IMG/VR virus record: IMGVR_UViG_3300045772_000033
Location: 1 to 64,000 of that record
Length of the DNA: 64,000 nt
From: a virus
Direction: 5' to 3' (one strand)
Part shown: in pieces, positions 16,422 through 25,515 of the stretch
How the letters are laid out: every line of letters begins with the position of its first letter
How positions within the stretch are numbered: position 1 is the stretch's first letter
Made by a program: the position numbers and the translations under genes
The notes under the pieces: model-generated
The model's input: the letters and a program-made list of their open reading frames with translations, nothing else
Database searches by the model: none
Told to the model about the DNA's origin: nothing

Positions 16422-18593
16422 CTGAATCCTCTTTCCAATCCAGGTCATGCAAGGAACAGCCATCGAATTTCCTAACGATTTATAAACTGGGCCGTCGGCC
16501 GGGGGCTTGCCGTTGATTCGGATCTGGCTGAAGTAGTTGTCTGGAAATCCTTGTAACCGGCAGCATTCAAGCTAAAGCGGGGTCAGCCGACGGACTTGCA
16601 TGGCTGACCCCTGACCTCCGATCACAGAAGTTTTCCTCGGCGTTTCTGCATCGCGTGTTTGCTGCAGTAGCCGTTTGCATGGTACTTCAAGTTGCAATTC
16701 TGGATTACGCATGTCCTTTGTGGATTCGATTCTGTTTCTTTCCTCGCAGTGACAAATTGATTGTCCTTGAGGATCAACGGATCGCCCCACTTCTTGAAGC
16801 GTTGATAGTGCTTGTCGCAGTATCCCAAGCCCTTCTGAGGCTGTCCACAGACTATACAAAAACGTGAATTGTGATGTCCTTTCATGTGGCAACTTCGACA
16901 AAGTCGTTCCAAGTTCTCTGAATTGTTGTTCTGCCAGTTTTCGTCTTTGTGGTGAACATCCACATTTTCTGAAGACCCACAGCGCGCGCAAGGTCCAGGA
17001 GGGCAAATTTTTCTCGCTCTGCGATGCGAGGCCATCCAGCCTACTTTTGTTAGTTTCGGCTTGGCCTCGGTCGCTTTTCCAAAACATATCAGATTGCAGT
17101 ATTTCTTCTTGCCGAATGAGGTTAAGCATTCCAAGTCCCCATTCAGAGAACGACGTCTCTCCAACTTCTTTCCGCAGGATTCGCAGAATTTCAGTGGAGT
17201 CGGTTTTAAGTGTGCGCTCATTGAAACCATCATAATCCAAGGTATCAAGCAATGCAACCCGCGCTGGTTGTGATTCGCCTTCGCGCCCACGGAGGTTGAA
17301 GGCTACTGCCTGCGGCACCTGTCGCGCTTCGACTGTGTATGCCTGGTCGTCGGTTCTGATTCCCACGCCATCGGGACCGGCCAGCGGATTCTCGCAGATG
17401 GCGCGCTCCTGAATGGCGATTGCCACGCACTGCGGTTGCCCTCCTCCAGTTGGGGATTGCTTGGCGATTGTGAGCGCGCAATTGGCATTGAATTTTGGTG
17501 TTTGCTCTGTCGTGAATGCCACTGCCACCTGCCCGCCGGCATTTGCGTGGCTGCCGGAGAAGTTCATCGAGCGCAGGGTCGGGGAAATTTCTCCGGAGTC
17601 GAGGCCTGAGTCTTTGCAGGAGAAAGCGATTGCGTGAACGTCATGCCCGTGCATCGCGTTCAGTGTGAAGCTAGGCCCATCTTCCTGAGCGACGCTGTTG
17701 CCCTTGCTGCCCTGCATATTTAGCATGGCCACCGGCACCAGCGGCGTCCCAATTGGCTGTGCCTCTTCTGCTTCGTTCCAGTATCCTCTACCCGAAGCGA
17801 CGAAAGTCTCGCTCTCGAAGTCCAGCCGTCCGTTTGGACCGCCATGCGCGTTGCAGGCCGTGGCTACGTCAATAGGTCCGCTAGTGTTGTTGCCGCCGAA
17901 GCCGGTGGGGACAAGGCAGTCCTGGTCGCGGGTGTCGCCGGGTCGGTCGAAGCCTCGGCCACTTGCTCCAATGCAAGGCGCAAGGTCATAGGTAGGGCTT
18001 TCCCTCTTTTCTCGGCTCGGCGGAGTATCCCCCGACAGGCTTTGGCGCTCAAATAGAACCGCTGCGGCACGGCGCCAGTCTCCAAGATGTCCGACAAGGA
18101 AGACGCGACGGCGGCGCTGTGGAACTCCAGCGTATTGAGCGTCACAAACGCGATAGGCGAACCCATACCCGATTTCCCCCAACGCCCCGATGAAGGCTCC
18201 AAACGTCCGTCCTCCATCAATTGACAGGACACCGGGGACGTTCTCCCAGACCAGCCATCGGGTCCGTAAGCGTTCAGCAAGTCGAGCGAATTCAAGGGTG
18301 AGGTTGCCACGAGGGTCAGCCAGTCCAGCTCGGAGACCGGCGACGGAGAAACTCTGGCAGGGGGTTCCGCCAACGAGGATGTCGGGGCGGCAGGGGAGAT
18401 CGTCGAGCGTGATTTTCGTGAAGTCGCCATAGTTCTTTACTCCTGGGTAATGATGAGCGAGGACTGCGGAAGGAAATTTGTCGATTTCGGCAAAGCCAAC
18501 AGGTTGCCAGCCGAGCGGCCCCCAGGCAACCGAAGCTGCTTCGATTCCAGAGCAAATTGACAAGTAGGTTAGTGGATGGAAGCCTTCTGGCAT
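16401..18593 (-). CDS. C5-cytosine DNA methyltransferase, interrupted by an in-frame TAG at 16572-16574
   Basis: CSGIE (motif I), GGTPCQSFS (IV), WENVPG (VI), QRRRRVF (VIII); motifs IX/X RRLTPL*LECCRLQGFPD...YKSLGNSMAVP continue in frame after the stop. Confidence 0.85.
16622..17221 (-). CDS. HNH endonuclease nested in an alternative frame inside the MTase
   Basis: CARCG...DVHHKDENWQNNNSENLERLCRSCH plus Zn fingers; own promoter TTGCAT-17-TATGAT 7 nt before the ATG. Confidence 0.85.
   Translation of the reverse strand: MSAHLKPTPLKFCESCGKKLERRRSLNGDLECLTSFGKKKYCNLICFGKATEAKPKLTKVGWMASHRRARKICPPGPCARCGSSENVDVHHKDENWQNNNSENLERLCRSCHMKGHHNSRFCIVCGQPQKGLGYCDKHYQRFKKWGDPLILKDNQFVTARKETESNPQRTCVIQNCNLKYHANGYCSKHAMQKRRGKLL
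17864..18430 (-). CDS. alternative-frame ORF resembling the M.EcoHK31I beta polypeptide
   Basis: SSGRWGKSGM...SLSDILET...FYLSAKAC.GILRRAEKRGK.LP..L..AL. Confidence 0.65.
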   Translation of the reverse strand: MATSRKSRSTISPAAPTSSLAEPPARVSPSPVSELDWLTLVATSPLNSLDLLNAYGPDGWSGRTSPVSCQLMEDGRLEPSSGRWGKSGMGSPIAFVTLNTLEFHSAAVASSLSDILETGAVPQRFYLSAKACRGILRRAEKRGKALPMTLRLALEQVAEASTDPATPATRTALSPPASAATTLADLLT

Positions 18594-18602
18594 AATGCTC
18601 AA

Positions 18603-18631
18603 AGTTTATTGCAAACTTAGCCAGAAGTCAA
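18603..18631 (-). promoter_or_regulatory. sigma70-like promoter of the MTase
   Basis: TTGACT-17bp-TAAACT on the minus strand. Confidence 0.55.
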
Positions 18632-18720
18632 ATTTTTCATTGGTGTTGTGTCTCAATTTCCCGCCCCATCTCTTTTTCAACTATCCTTCCCCTAGCACCG
18701 TTTTCGGAGGCACCCGCCTT

Positions 18721-18924
18721 ATGTCCACTGCCCGCGCCAAGTATCAGACTACCGCACCTGCTGAGTTTTCTTCAGCCCTCCCTGAGAACCCACGCAAGGA
18801 TTACACCGATCCTGACGCACGCCCCCCTGGCCGCTCCGGCGGCGGCCCCCCGGTTTCCACGCCTCACCGCGTCTCGACCTCGCGCCGTAAGACCGCGAAG
18901 AAAGCGAGCCGTCGCCGTGGATGA
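18721..18924 (+). CDS. small basic protein
   Basis: GGAGG RBS; K/R-rich C-terminus. Confidence 0.55.
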   Translation: MSTARAKYQTTAPAEFSSALPENPRKDYTDPDARPPGRSGGGPPVSTPHRVSTSRRKTAKKASRRRG

Positions 18925-19276
18925 TTACGATTCTGCCCCTCCCGAAGTGACCATCGAGCCGGCTGACAACGGGTTCGTCGTCCGCCACCAGCAACGCGGC
19001 AGCAAGAAGGACGAGCCAAGTCGTACCGTCCGCCGCGTAGCATCCTCTGCCGACGAGGCTTTGGACCACGCCCGAACGGCGATCAGCGGCGGCAGTAAAT
19101 CGTTCAAGAAAAGATCAGTTAAACGAGATGGGCAATCAGGCGTGATGTCAGACGCCGAGGGGGAGTCAGGCTCGGCCTCCTCCCCCGCTGCCCATGCGGC
19201 GGCTGCCCACGCAGCGCGCGCTCCCCGCCGTGGCTCAGCCCGGCGCCGTCGCCCCAGAATCGGAGGTCGTAGATGA
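18917..19276 (+). CDS. hypothetical protein with basic tail
   Basis: VTIEPADNGFVV; overlap-coupled. Confidence 0.6.
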   Translation: MDDYDSAPPEVTIEPADNGFVVRHQQRGSKKDEPSRTVRRVASSADEALDHARTAISGGSKSFKKRSVKRDGQSGVMSDAEGESGSASSPAAHAAAAHAARAPRRGSARRRRPRIGGRR

Positions 19277-19413
19277 AGAAGGAAATTTGCACACCAGAGA
19301 AGGACGAGACACCTGAAATGGAAGGTCGCAGTCATCCGGCCAGCTTTCTTCGCAAAGCAACCCGCGTGGCCGAGAAGAAGTCCGGCAAGCGCGCGGCCAA
19401 GAAGCGGGGCTAG
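19273..19413 (+). CDS. small basic protein (46 aa, MKKEICTPEK...)
   Basis: GGAGG RBS, ATGA overlap. Confidence 0.5.
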   Translation: MKKEICTPEKDETPEMEGRSHPASFLRKATRVAEKKSGKRAAKKRG

Positions 19414-19416
19414 TTT

Positions 19417-19602
19417 ATGCCCTGGACCGCAGCCGAGGCCACCAAACATGACCGTGCGGCGAAGTCGCCGAAGCGTAAGAGGCAGTGGGCCAAGACGGCC
19501 AACGCCATTCTCAAGCGAACAGGCGATGATGCCCGTGCGATCAGGGGAGCGGATAGCGCGGTGAAAAAGTCTCAGGCCAAACGCGCACGCAAGCGGGCAT
19601 GA
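19417..19602 (+). CDS. small basic ChaB-like protein
   Basis: MPWT...KRQWAKTANAIL...DDARAIR.A. Confidence 0.5.
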   Translation: MPWTAAEATKHDRAAKSPKRKRQWAKTANAILKRTGDDARAIRGADSAVKKSQAKRARKRA

Positions 19603-19636
19603 TGCTAAGATAGATTGCAGCAACGCTGAGGGTTAG

Positions 19637-21409
19637 ATGTCAAATTTGGTCTTCATTGGCGCGAACAGGAAATCCGCGAAGCAGGAGTCCATCGACCCCA
19701 GGAGCCGTCATGTGCAAGATTGGGTAGAGGCTTCAGATTCTGCCCGCAATAAAGCCCTTGGCGAATCGTTTGCAAAGAATGCCGAAGACCTCTACAACCT
19801 CCAGGATGCGATGACCCCCGGCCCAGTGTATAGGCCATCCCTCTCAATCCCGATGTTGCAGCGGATCATGCTTGAAGAGGCGAACCAGGTCTCGAACCTT
19901 TCGCCGAGGATGTATGTCTTTCCTTCAGCCGGCGCGGGCGACCCGTCCTATTCCGGCGCCAAGCAGGCCGATTCCTCCCTCAATCCTGCCTCAGCGCGCG
20001 ACCTCGCCCGTGAAGTCTCCCTCCAGGCTCAGTGGCAAATCTCGAAGATGAATCTGCATCTGCTGATGGCAGGTTTGACCGCGCGCTATTGTGGCGCGGG
20101 CTGGATAGTAGCCGGATTTGACCCGGACCTCAGTCGCGCCCGCGGCGGAATGTGGGCACGCAGCATCGATCCTCGGTTGGTATTCTTCGATCCCGGAGCC
20201 GACTACACCTGGAATCCCAGCTACGCAGGCTGGGGCACATGGATGAATCTCGAAGATGTCCGGCTGAAATGGCCGGAGACTTCGCGCGCGATTTCCCCAA
20301 GGCATACGTCCGGCGGCTTCCAGCCATTCTCCGGCGACTCTGGTTACGGGATATCCCAGCCGCAGGGGCCGATGTCTTCGATGCCCAACGTCTCCGGCCA
20401 GAACGCCCGCACCCAAAGTTCTGAATGGCGTGTGTTGGTTCGACACTGCTTCTGCCGCGACTATACGCGCGAAACGGTCGAGAAAGACGATGTTCCCGCG
20501 ACATCTCTGATTGACCCGGAAGTTCGTTTGAAATATCCCAACGGCCGCTGGCTTGTCGAGTGCGAAGGGGTGATCCTGCAAGATGGCGACAACCCCTACC
20601 CAAAGCGCCGTGATATTTCCGCGCCTCGGTTCCCCATCTTCCCCAATTACGTTCTCCCACCTCTTTTCGGCCCGTGGGGCATCCCCGTCACACGCATGAC
20701 CGAGAATATGCAGCGGCTGGCTCAGCGGTTCTATTCTCAGATTTTCGAGAATGGCCTGCGCATGAACAACGCGCTCTGGGTGATTGAGGAGAATACGGGG
20801 ATTGACATCGACGGGTTTGGCGGGCTGCCGGGCGAGGTGGTAACAATCAAGCCGGGTAGTAAGCCGCCGACGCCGATTACGCCCAACGCCCTTGGCAACG
20901 GCGCGCTCCAGGGTGCCGAGAAACTCCTCTCACTCCAGAATGACGTGCTTGGATTCTCAGCTTCGCGCCAGGGTGACCCCGGCGCGGGCAATGTTTCAAC
21001 CGACCTTTTCGACAGTGCGGTGCTTCAATCTTCCGGCCTGCTCCAACTCGCCGGCCGGTTCCTCACTGAGACGGCGCAGATGGCTGGCGAGTTCTTCTTC
21101 GATACGATGTGCAAGTATCAGCAGAAAACGACTCTGCCTTACCGCGGGCCGGAGGGGATTACTCTTGCAGCGTGGAATGGCCAGATTGATCCCTCAACAT
21201 ACGATGTTGCGCTGGACGAGGCCTCTGTCCGGCCTCTGTCCGAGGCGATAGTCCGCAAGATCACGCCTGATTTGATGTCAAAGGGAGTTGTTGGGCCGGA
21301 GCGTGGATTGCGGACTCTTGGTTATCCTGATCCCGAAGGAATTGCCCAGGAGCAGCAGACGAGTCAAGCCCTGGCCGCGCTGGCAAAAGTAAAGAGTGGC
21401 CGTAAGTAA
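19637..21409 (+). CDS. portal protein (P22-like)
   Basis: 590 aa, downstream of the terminase; SIDPRLVFFDPGA, P.FP...PWG.P.....Q pattern. Confidence 0.75.
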   Translation: MSNLVFIGANRKSAKQESIDPRSRHVQDWVEASDSARNKALGESFAKNAEDLYNLQDAMTPGPVYRPSLSIPMLQRIMLEEANQVSNLSPRMYVFPSAGAGDPSYSGAKQADSSLNPASARDLAREVSLQAQWQISKMNLHLLMAGLTARYCGAGWIVAGFDPDLSRARGGMWARSIDPRLVFFDPGADYTWNPSYAGWGTWMNLEDVRLKWPETSRAISPRHTSGGFQPFSGDSGYGISQPQGPMSSMPNVSGQNARTQSSEWRVLVRHCFCRDYTRETVEKDDVPATSLIDPEVRLKYPNGRWLVECEGVILQDGDNPYPKRRDISAPRFPIFPNYVLPPLFGPWGIPVTRMTENMQRLAQRFYSQIFENGLRMNNALWVIEENTGIDIDGFGGLPGEVVTIKPGSKPPTPITPNALGNGALQGAEKLLSLQNDVLGFSASRQGDPGAGNVSTDLFDSAVLQSSGLLQLAGRFLTETAQMAGEFFFDTMCKYQQKTTLPYRGPEGITLAAWNGQIDPSTYDVALDEASVRPLSEAIVRKITPDLMSKGVVGPERGLRTLGYPDPEGIAQEQQTSQALAALAKVKSGRK

Positions 21410-21414
21410 GAAAG

Positions 21415-21687
21415 GTGGACGAGAGAGTGGCGACGAAAGCAGCATCCCCCCAAATCGATCTGGTTCCAGTTCCAGATCGCGCTACCTCTGCACGTTCCGT
21501 TCCCGGCTACAACTGGCACGCACACTGGCTGACTACAACTGAGTTCGCCCGTATGATGGGCCGCAGCCCGTGGACCGTGCAAACATGGCTTCGGAACGGC
21601 ACGTTGGCCGAATTCGGATTTCCTGTATGCCAGTTTCGCAGCGGTGGGCTGCATTCAGGGCGGACTTTTATTCAGAATATCTTCTGA
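21415..21687 (+). CDS. HTH DNA-binding protein
   Basis: WLTTTEFARMMGRSPWTVQTWLRNG. Confidence 0.7.
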   Translation: MDERVATKAASPQIDLVPVPDRATSARSVPGYNWHAHWLTTTEFARMMGRSPWTVQTWLRNGTLAEFGFPVCQFRSGGLHSGRTFIQNIF

Positions 21688-21814
21688 TCACATTCTCTGC
21701 TTAGACTTGGTGTTGTGGAGACGGGGTTCCATTCCGCCTCTTTCCGTTCTATCCTCTCCTTAATCGCACATTCCTCGGCCTCACGGCCCTGGCTCGTGCA
21801 AAAGGAGAAACACC

Positions 21815-21856
21815 ATGGCCAAGCGTCACGTTCGCAAGGAAAAGAAGCGGAAGTAA
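21815..21856 (+). CDS. basic microprotein MAKRHVRKEKKRK
   Basis: AAGGAG RBS, followed by a hairpin. Confidence 0.5.
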   Translation: MAKRHVRKEKKRK

Positions 21857-21960
21857 TCAGCGCAGGAGCTGGGCAGCGGATTATTTCCGCTGCCTACGCC
21901 TCCTGGCCTGATTCCTCCCTGCCTTAGTCGCGCACCCACTCCCGAAAGGAGACCATCCCG

Positions 21961-22092
21961 ATGGCCGGAACCCCCTCGAAATCAGATTCTCGTCTCATCA
22001 AGGACTTTGGTCAGCCCCGGAAGTTTCTGCGCGACGCGCGTGCCAAGATCAGCAGCCGAGCGAAGAAGTCCAGCTCGGCCCGCCGGCCCTGA
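21961..22092 (+). CDS. basic microprotein (43 aa)
   Basis: AAGGAG RBS. Confidence 0.55.
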   Translation: MAGTPSKSDSRLIKDFGQPRKFLRDARAKISSRAKKSSSARRP

Positions 22093-22211
22093 CTCATCCC
22101 GGAGACGGCGCTGCTGGCCTTCGCGCCCCGTCTTCTTAGCCGCCGAGAGGTCAGCTTCAGGTCAACTTCTGACTGACTCCGTCTCGGCACCCCGGAGCGA
22201 AGGAGGTACGC

Positions 22212-22271
22212 ATGGCACAGCGCGGAGGAAGACGGTCCGTTCGGCGTCGGCGCACCGCCGCTCGCAAGTAG
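22212..22271 (+). CDS. protamine-like microprotein MAQRGGRRSVRRRRTAARK
   Basis: AAGGAGGT RBS. Confidence 0.55.
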   Translation: MAQRGGRRSVRRRRTAARK

Positions 22272-22437
22272 GACTAAACTGGTTCGCCAGCGTGGTCCGT
22301 TCGGCGGCAAGGGTGGGAACTGGTGGGGGACTAGACCTCACCCCTCTCCGCCGAAAGCGTTCGATGCGCAAGACAGGAAACGGCAGGGGAGGTGGCGGTA
22401 ACCTCGCTCTCCTGCCGAATCCCAAGGAGACGTGAGC

Positions 22438-22518
22438 ATGAAATCGACAGGCGCAATTCCCCGGATGACCAAAAAGGTTGACCGGCGCGTGGGCAAAACA
22501 AGGGTAGGCAGGAAGTAG
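22438..22518 (+). CDS. basic microprotein (26 aa)
   Basis: AAGGAG RBS. Confidence 0.5.
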   Translation: MKSTGAIPRMTKKVDRRVGKTRVGRK

Positions 22519-22591
22519 CCTAGCCAGTCAATTCGCCCGATAGACCAACCAGTACGACGACCTCAGACCCCGGCACCAAGGAGAAACGGCA

Positions 22592-22780
22592 ATGGCAAAG
22601 ATCAAGGAAGCGATGGGCAACACCTTCAACGAGGAGATTTTGAAGTCCCCCCTCACTGTTGGCCGTGTCGGTAACGAACCCGGCCCTGACGTACACAACA
22701 ACCCGATTGCCCAGCCGCGCGATCCGCTTGGCCTGATTCCCGAAGGCGGCGACAAGCCGTACTGGTCGGGCAAGAAGTAG
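22592..22780 (+). CDS. small hypothetical protein
   Basis: AAGGAG RBS. Confidence 0.65.
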   Translation: MAKIKEAMGNTFNEEILKSPLTVGRVGNEPGPDVHNNPIAQPRDPLGLIPEGGDKPYWSGKK

Positions 22781-22822
22781 GCAGCGAACAAGCAGTCTAA
22801 AGGGTAGATGAGAAGGACTCAG

Positions 22823-23353
22823 ATGGCAACCGCACCTCCAGCCTTAGCACAAATGATGGCCAGGCAGTTGATCGGTAAACTTGCCGGTGGCGGGCAGGGT
22901 GGCCCTGGCGGACCCCCTTCCGGACCTGGGGGTCCGATGCCTCCGCCGCCTGGGATGATGGGCCAAGCCGGGCCAGGCGCTCCAGGAGCAGGCGGCCCTC
23001 CCGGACCTGGTGGCGGTCCTCCTCCGCCCGGACCCAATGCTCCGCCTACGACTCCGGCCGGCCTTCAACTCTCTCAGCAACTGGCTGAACTCCAGGGTGC
23101 CGATCCCGATGCGATGGTGAAATCTCTGACATCGATCAAGACGGTAGCGGTTCAGCTTTACACACGCGCTGCATTCACCATGCCTGGTGTTACGCGCAAC
23201 CTCGCCAACGTCGTCAAGTATCTCGACAACTGCATTCAAGAAGCGGAGAAGGCTGCGGCGACTACCGCTGCTGCCGGACCCATTGCCAACAACGCAGCCA
23301 TCCCTAACCCCGCCGGTCAGTCAGGTGGGCTGGGATCACAACCAGGCGCATAG
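22823..23353 (+). CDS. Gly/Pro-rich head-module protein
   Basis: AAGGA RBS; located between portal and scaffold. Confidence 0.65.
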   Translation: MATAPPALAQMMARQLIGKLAGGGQGGPGGPPSGPGGPMPPPPGMMGQAGPGAPGAGGPPGPGGGPPPPGPNAPPTTPAGLQLSQQLAELQGADPDAMVKSLTSIKTVAVQLYTRAAFTMPGVTRNLANVVKYLDNCIQEAEKAAATTAAAGPIANNAAIPNPAGQSGGLGSQPGA

Positions 23354-23374
23354 TCGCCGAAGGAGTCCTCCCCC

Positions 23375-24349
23375 ATGGCTTTAAGCGACATTCTCAAGAA
23401 CGGCAAGTATCCCGACGACATGGTGCTGAACTTGCCGGACGGCTCGACCGTCAATGTGGGTGAAATTCGCGCCTTGCCCGCCGCCGAGCGCCAAGCCTTG
23501 ACTGCACAGATTGAGCAGCGGCAGAGCGCCCTTGGCCAGGCCGAATTAGCTTTTGCGGCCAAGTTCCAGCAAGCGATTCAGTCAGGCTGGATGACCCAGG
23601 ACGGCACAGTGGTCGCTCCTCGGCAGCAAACCCAGCAGGTTGCTCAGCCGACCGTGGCCCAGGTTCGCGCCGCTGCCGCAACCGAGTTTGGCCTCGACGA
23701 AAATGACCCCCTGCTTGGGCCAGTAGTGAAGCTGGTCAAGCAGGAATTGGCATCCCGCGATGCCGTTATTGCCGAGCTTCGCGCCAAGCAGGACGCAATG
23801 CCCGGCCAGTTTGATTCCCTCAAGACGACCCTGACCGACGGCCTTGGCCGCGTGACTGGCGTCGTCAACACATCAGTTGGGCGCTATCTGAACGACCAGT
23901 ATCAGTCGCAGTTCGCCGCTGCGACCAAAGACCTGCCCAAGGGCGTCACGGTGGACTACGAGACGGCATACAAATATGCCTCCGACCACCAGCTCAAGGA
24001 CAAGGATGGTTTCCTTCAGGTCGCTGACGCAGTGGATCGGCTGACTTGGAACGACCGCAAGAAGGCCGAACTGGCCGAGGAGCGCGCGGCACTTGTAGCC
24101 AAGACCACCCGCGAACTGGAGGACAAGAACAAACTCGCCAGCCTCACTCCCCCCTCATCGCGCAATCCTCTTCACACCACCCCAGTCAAGGACGGTGAAT
24201 TCAATCCCTTCAACGAGCGGACGAATGCCAAGGGCGAGAAGGTTCGCGAGGTCAAGTCTTTCGAGGAAGCGATGTCCGCGGCAATGGGCGACGAAGACGT
24301 GATGAAGTCAGCAATGTCGTCAGCCAGTCTTGGCGGCGGCGTGAACTAG
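23375..24349 (+). CDS. putative scaffolding protein
   Basis: Helical/coiled-coil character; immediately upstream of the MCP. Confidence 0.55.
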   Translation: MALSDILKNGKYPDDMVLNLPDGSTVNVGEIRALPAAERQALTAQIEQRQSALGQAELAFAAKFQQAIQSGWMTQDGTVVAPRQQTQQVAQPTVAQVRAAAATEFGLDENDPLLGPVVKLVKQELASRDAVIAELRAKQDAMPGQFDSLKTTLTDGLGRVTGVVNTSVGRYLNDQYQSQFAAATKDLPKGVTVDYETAYKYASDHQLKDKDGFLQVADAVDRLTWNDRKKAELAEERAALVAKTTRELEDKNKLASLTPPSSRNPLHTTPVKDGEFNPFNERTNAKGEKVREVKSFEEAMSAAMGDEDVMKSAMSSASLGGGVN

Positions 24350-24448
24350 ATCAAGTTTCTCTGGGAGAGGCGTAGTCAGCCTCCCCTTTAACATCAACCT
24401 TTAACCCGTCGGCGACCTCCCCCGTTTGTCCGACCAGGAGAACCTCCC

Positions 24449-25435
24449 ATGGCTCAGAGCGTGGTTGGACTGGGACTTGCATCGCCGCCGGTACAGCTTT
24501 CAAACACCGTGAACGCGATCTCCCAGAAATTTATCGTCCCTGTCCTCGGCGACAACGTGTTCAAGCCCAGCCCAGTCTTTTGGGCCTTGACCCGCGAGGG
24601 CAAGCGGTTCGGCGCCGGCGAATTGATCTTCCCGGAAATCTATCAGGAAGAGCTTCCCGGTGGCGCGTACTACGGTGACCAGCTCCTCGACACTTCGGTC
24701 GTGGACTCGGTGCAGCCGGCGAACCAGCAATGGAAACCCTACCGCCAGCCTGTGGTCATTCCGATCACCGACATCATTCTCAATCGTGGCGGCAGCAACA
24801 ACCTGGACATCATCCGGGCCAAGTTCCAGACAGCCAGCGGCAGCCTCCTCCAGAAGCTCTCGCGCGCGCTGTGGCACACATCGCCGCAGAATACGTCCCT
24901 TGACGTGGACGATCTGAACTCGTGGGTGGTTTCGACGACCAACACCATCGCCGGAATCAACCGCGCCAGTTCCGCGAATGCCTGGTGGTTGCCCGCAACT
25001 GTTGCCGCTGGTGGCGGCGGCGCCTTGACCTCGGCCACTGCTGAGCCCGCTTATCAGTCTGTCACCTGGGGCTATGACGAGCCGGATCTGTTCGTGATGA
25101 ACCGGACCAGTTACGCCGCGTTCAAGAACAACTTCGTCAACAACATTCGTTTCGGTCAAGGGATGCAGGATGACGAGGCCTTGCAGGTCGGTTTCCGCAA
25201 CCACTTCCTGTTCAACAACGCCGTGACCGTGGCCGACTTTTTCGCGACCGCGAACCAGGCGCTTCTGTTGAACTCGAAGTACATCTTTCCGGTCTTCCAC
25301 GAAGCGGATTACTTCAACGTCGATCCGTTCCTGAAGCCCTCGAACCAGCGCGTTCTGGTCTCGTGCATGTACCTGACCTGGAACCTGTCGTGCATCAGCC
25401 CGCGCATGAACGTGGCAATCACGCCGATCACGTAG
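24449..25435 (+). CDS. major capsid protein
   Basis: 328 aa, strong codon bias, N-terminal AISQKFIVPVLGDNVFKPSP, position in the head module. Confidence 0.75.
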   Translation: MAQSVVGLGLASPPVQLSNTVNAISQKFIVPVLGDNVFKPSPVFWALTREGKRFGAGELIFPEIYQEELPGGAYYGDQLLDTSVVDSVQPANQQWKPYRQPVVIPITDIILNRGGSNNLDIIRAKFQTASGSLLQKLSRALWHTSPQNTSLDVDDLNSWVVSTTNTIAGINRASSANAWWLPATVAAGGGGALTSATAEPAYQSVTWGYDEPDLFVMNRTSYAAFKNNFVNNIRFGQGMQDDEALQVGFRNHFLFNNAVTVADFFATANQALLLNSKYIFPVFHEADYFNVDPFLKPSNQRVLVSCMYLTWNLSCISPRMNVAITPIT

Positions 25436-25515
25436 GACCGATTCAGGAGGAGGCGGGCAGACTGGGCTAGGCCCAGATTCAGCCTTCCTCCTCCCACACC
25501 CCAAGGAGATTCCCA

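Noticed and set aside
16572-16574. Genome-wide TAG reassignment
   Set aside because: TAG ends many genes normally (terL, scaffold, MCP), no suppressor tRNA is present, and readthrough would not restore motif IX spacing
16622-17290. Group I intron or intein around the nested HNH
   Set aside because: No structured non-coding flanks or C...HN termini recognised; the host frame stays open
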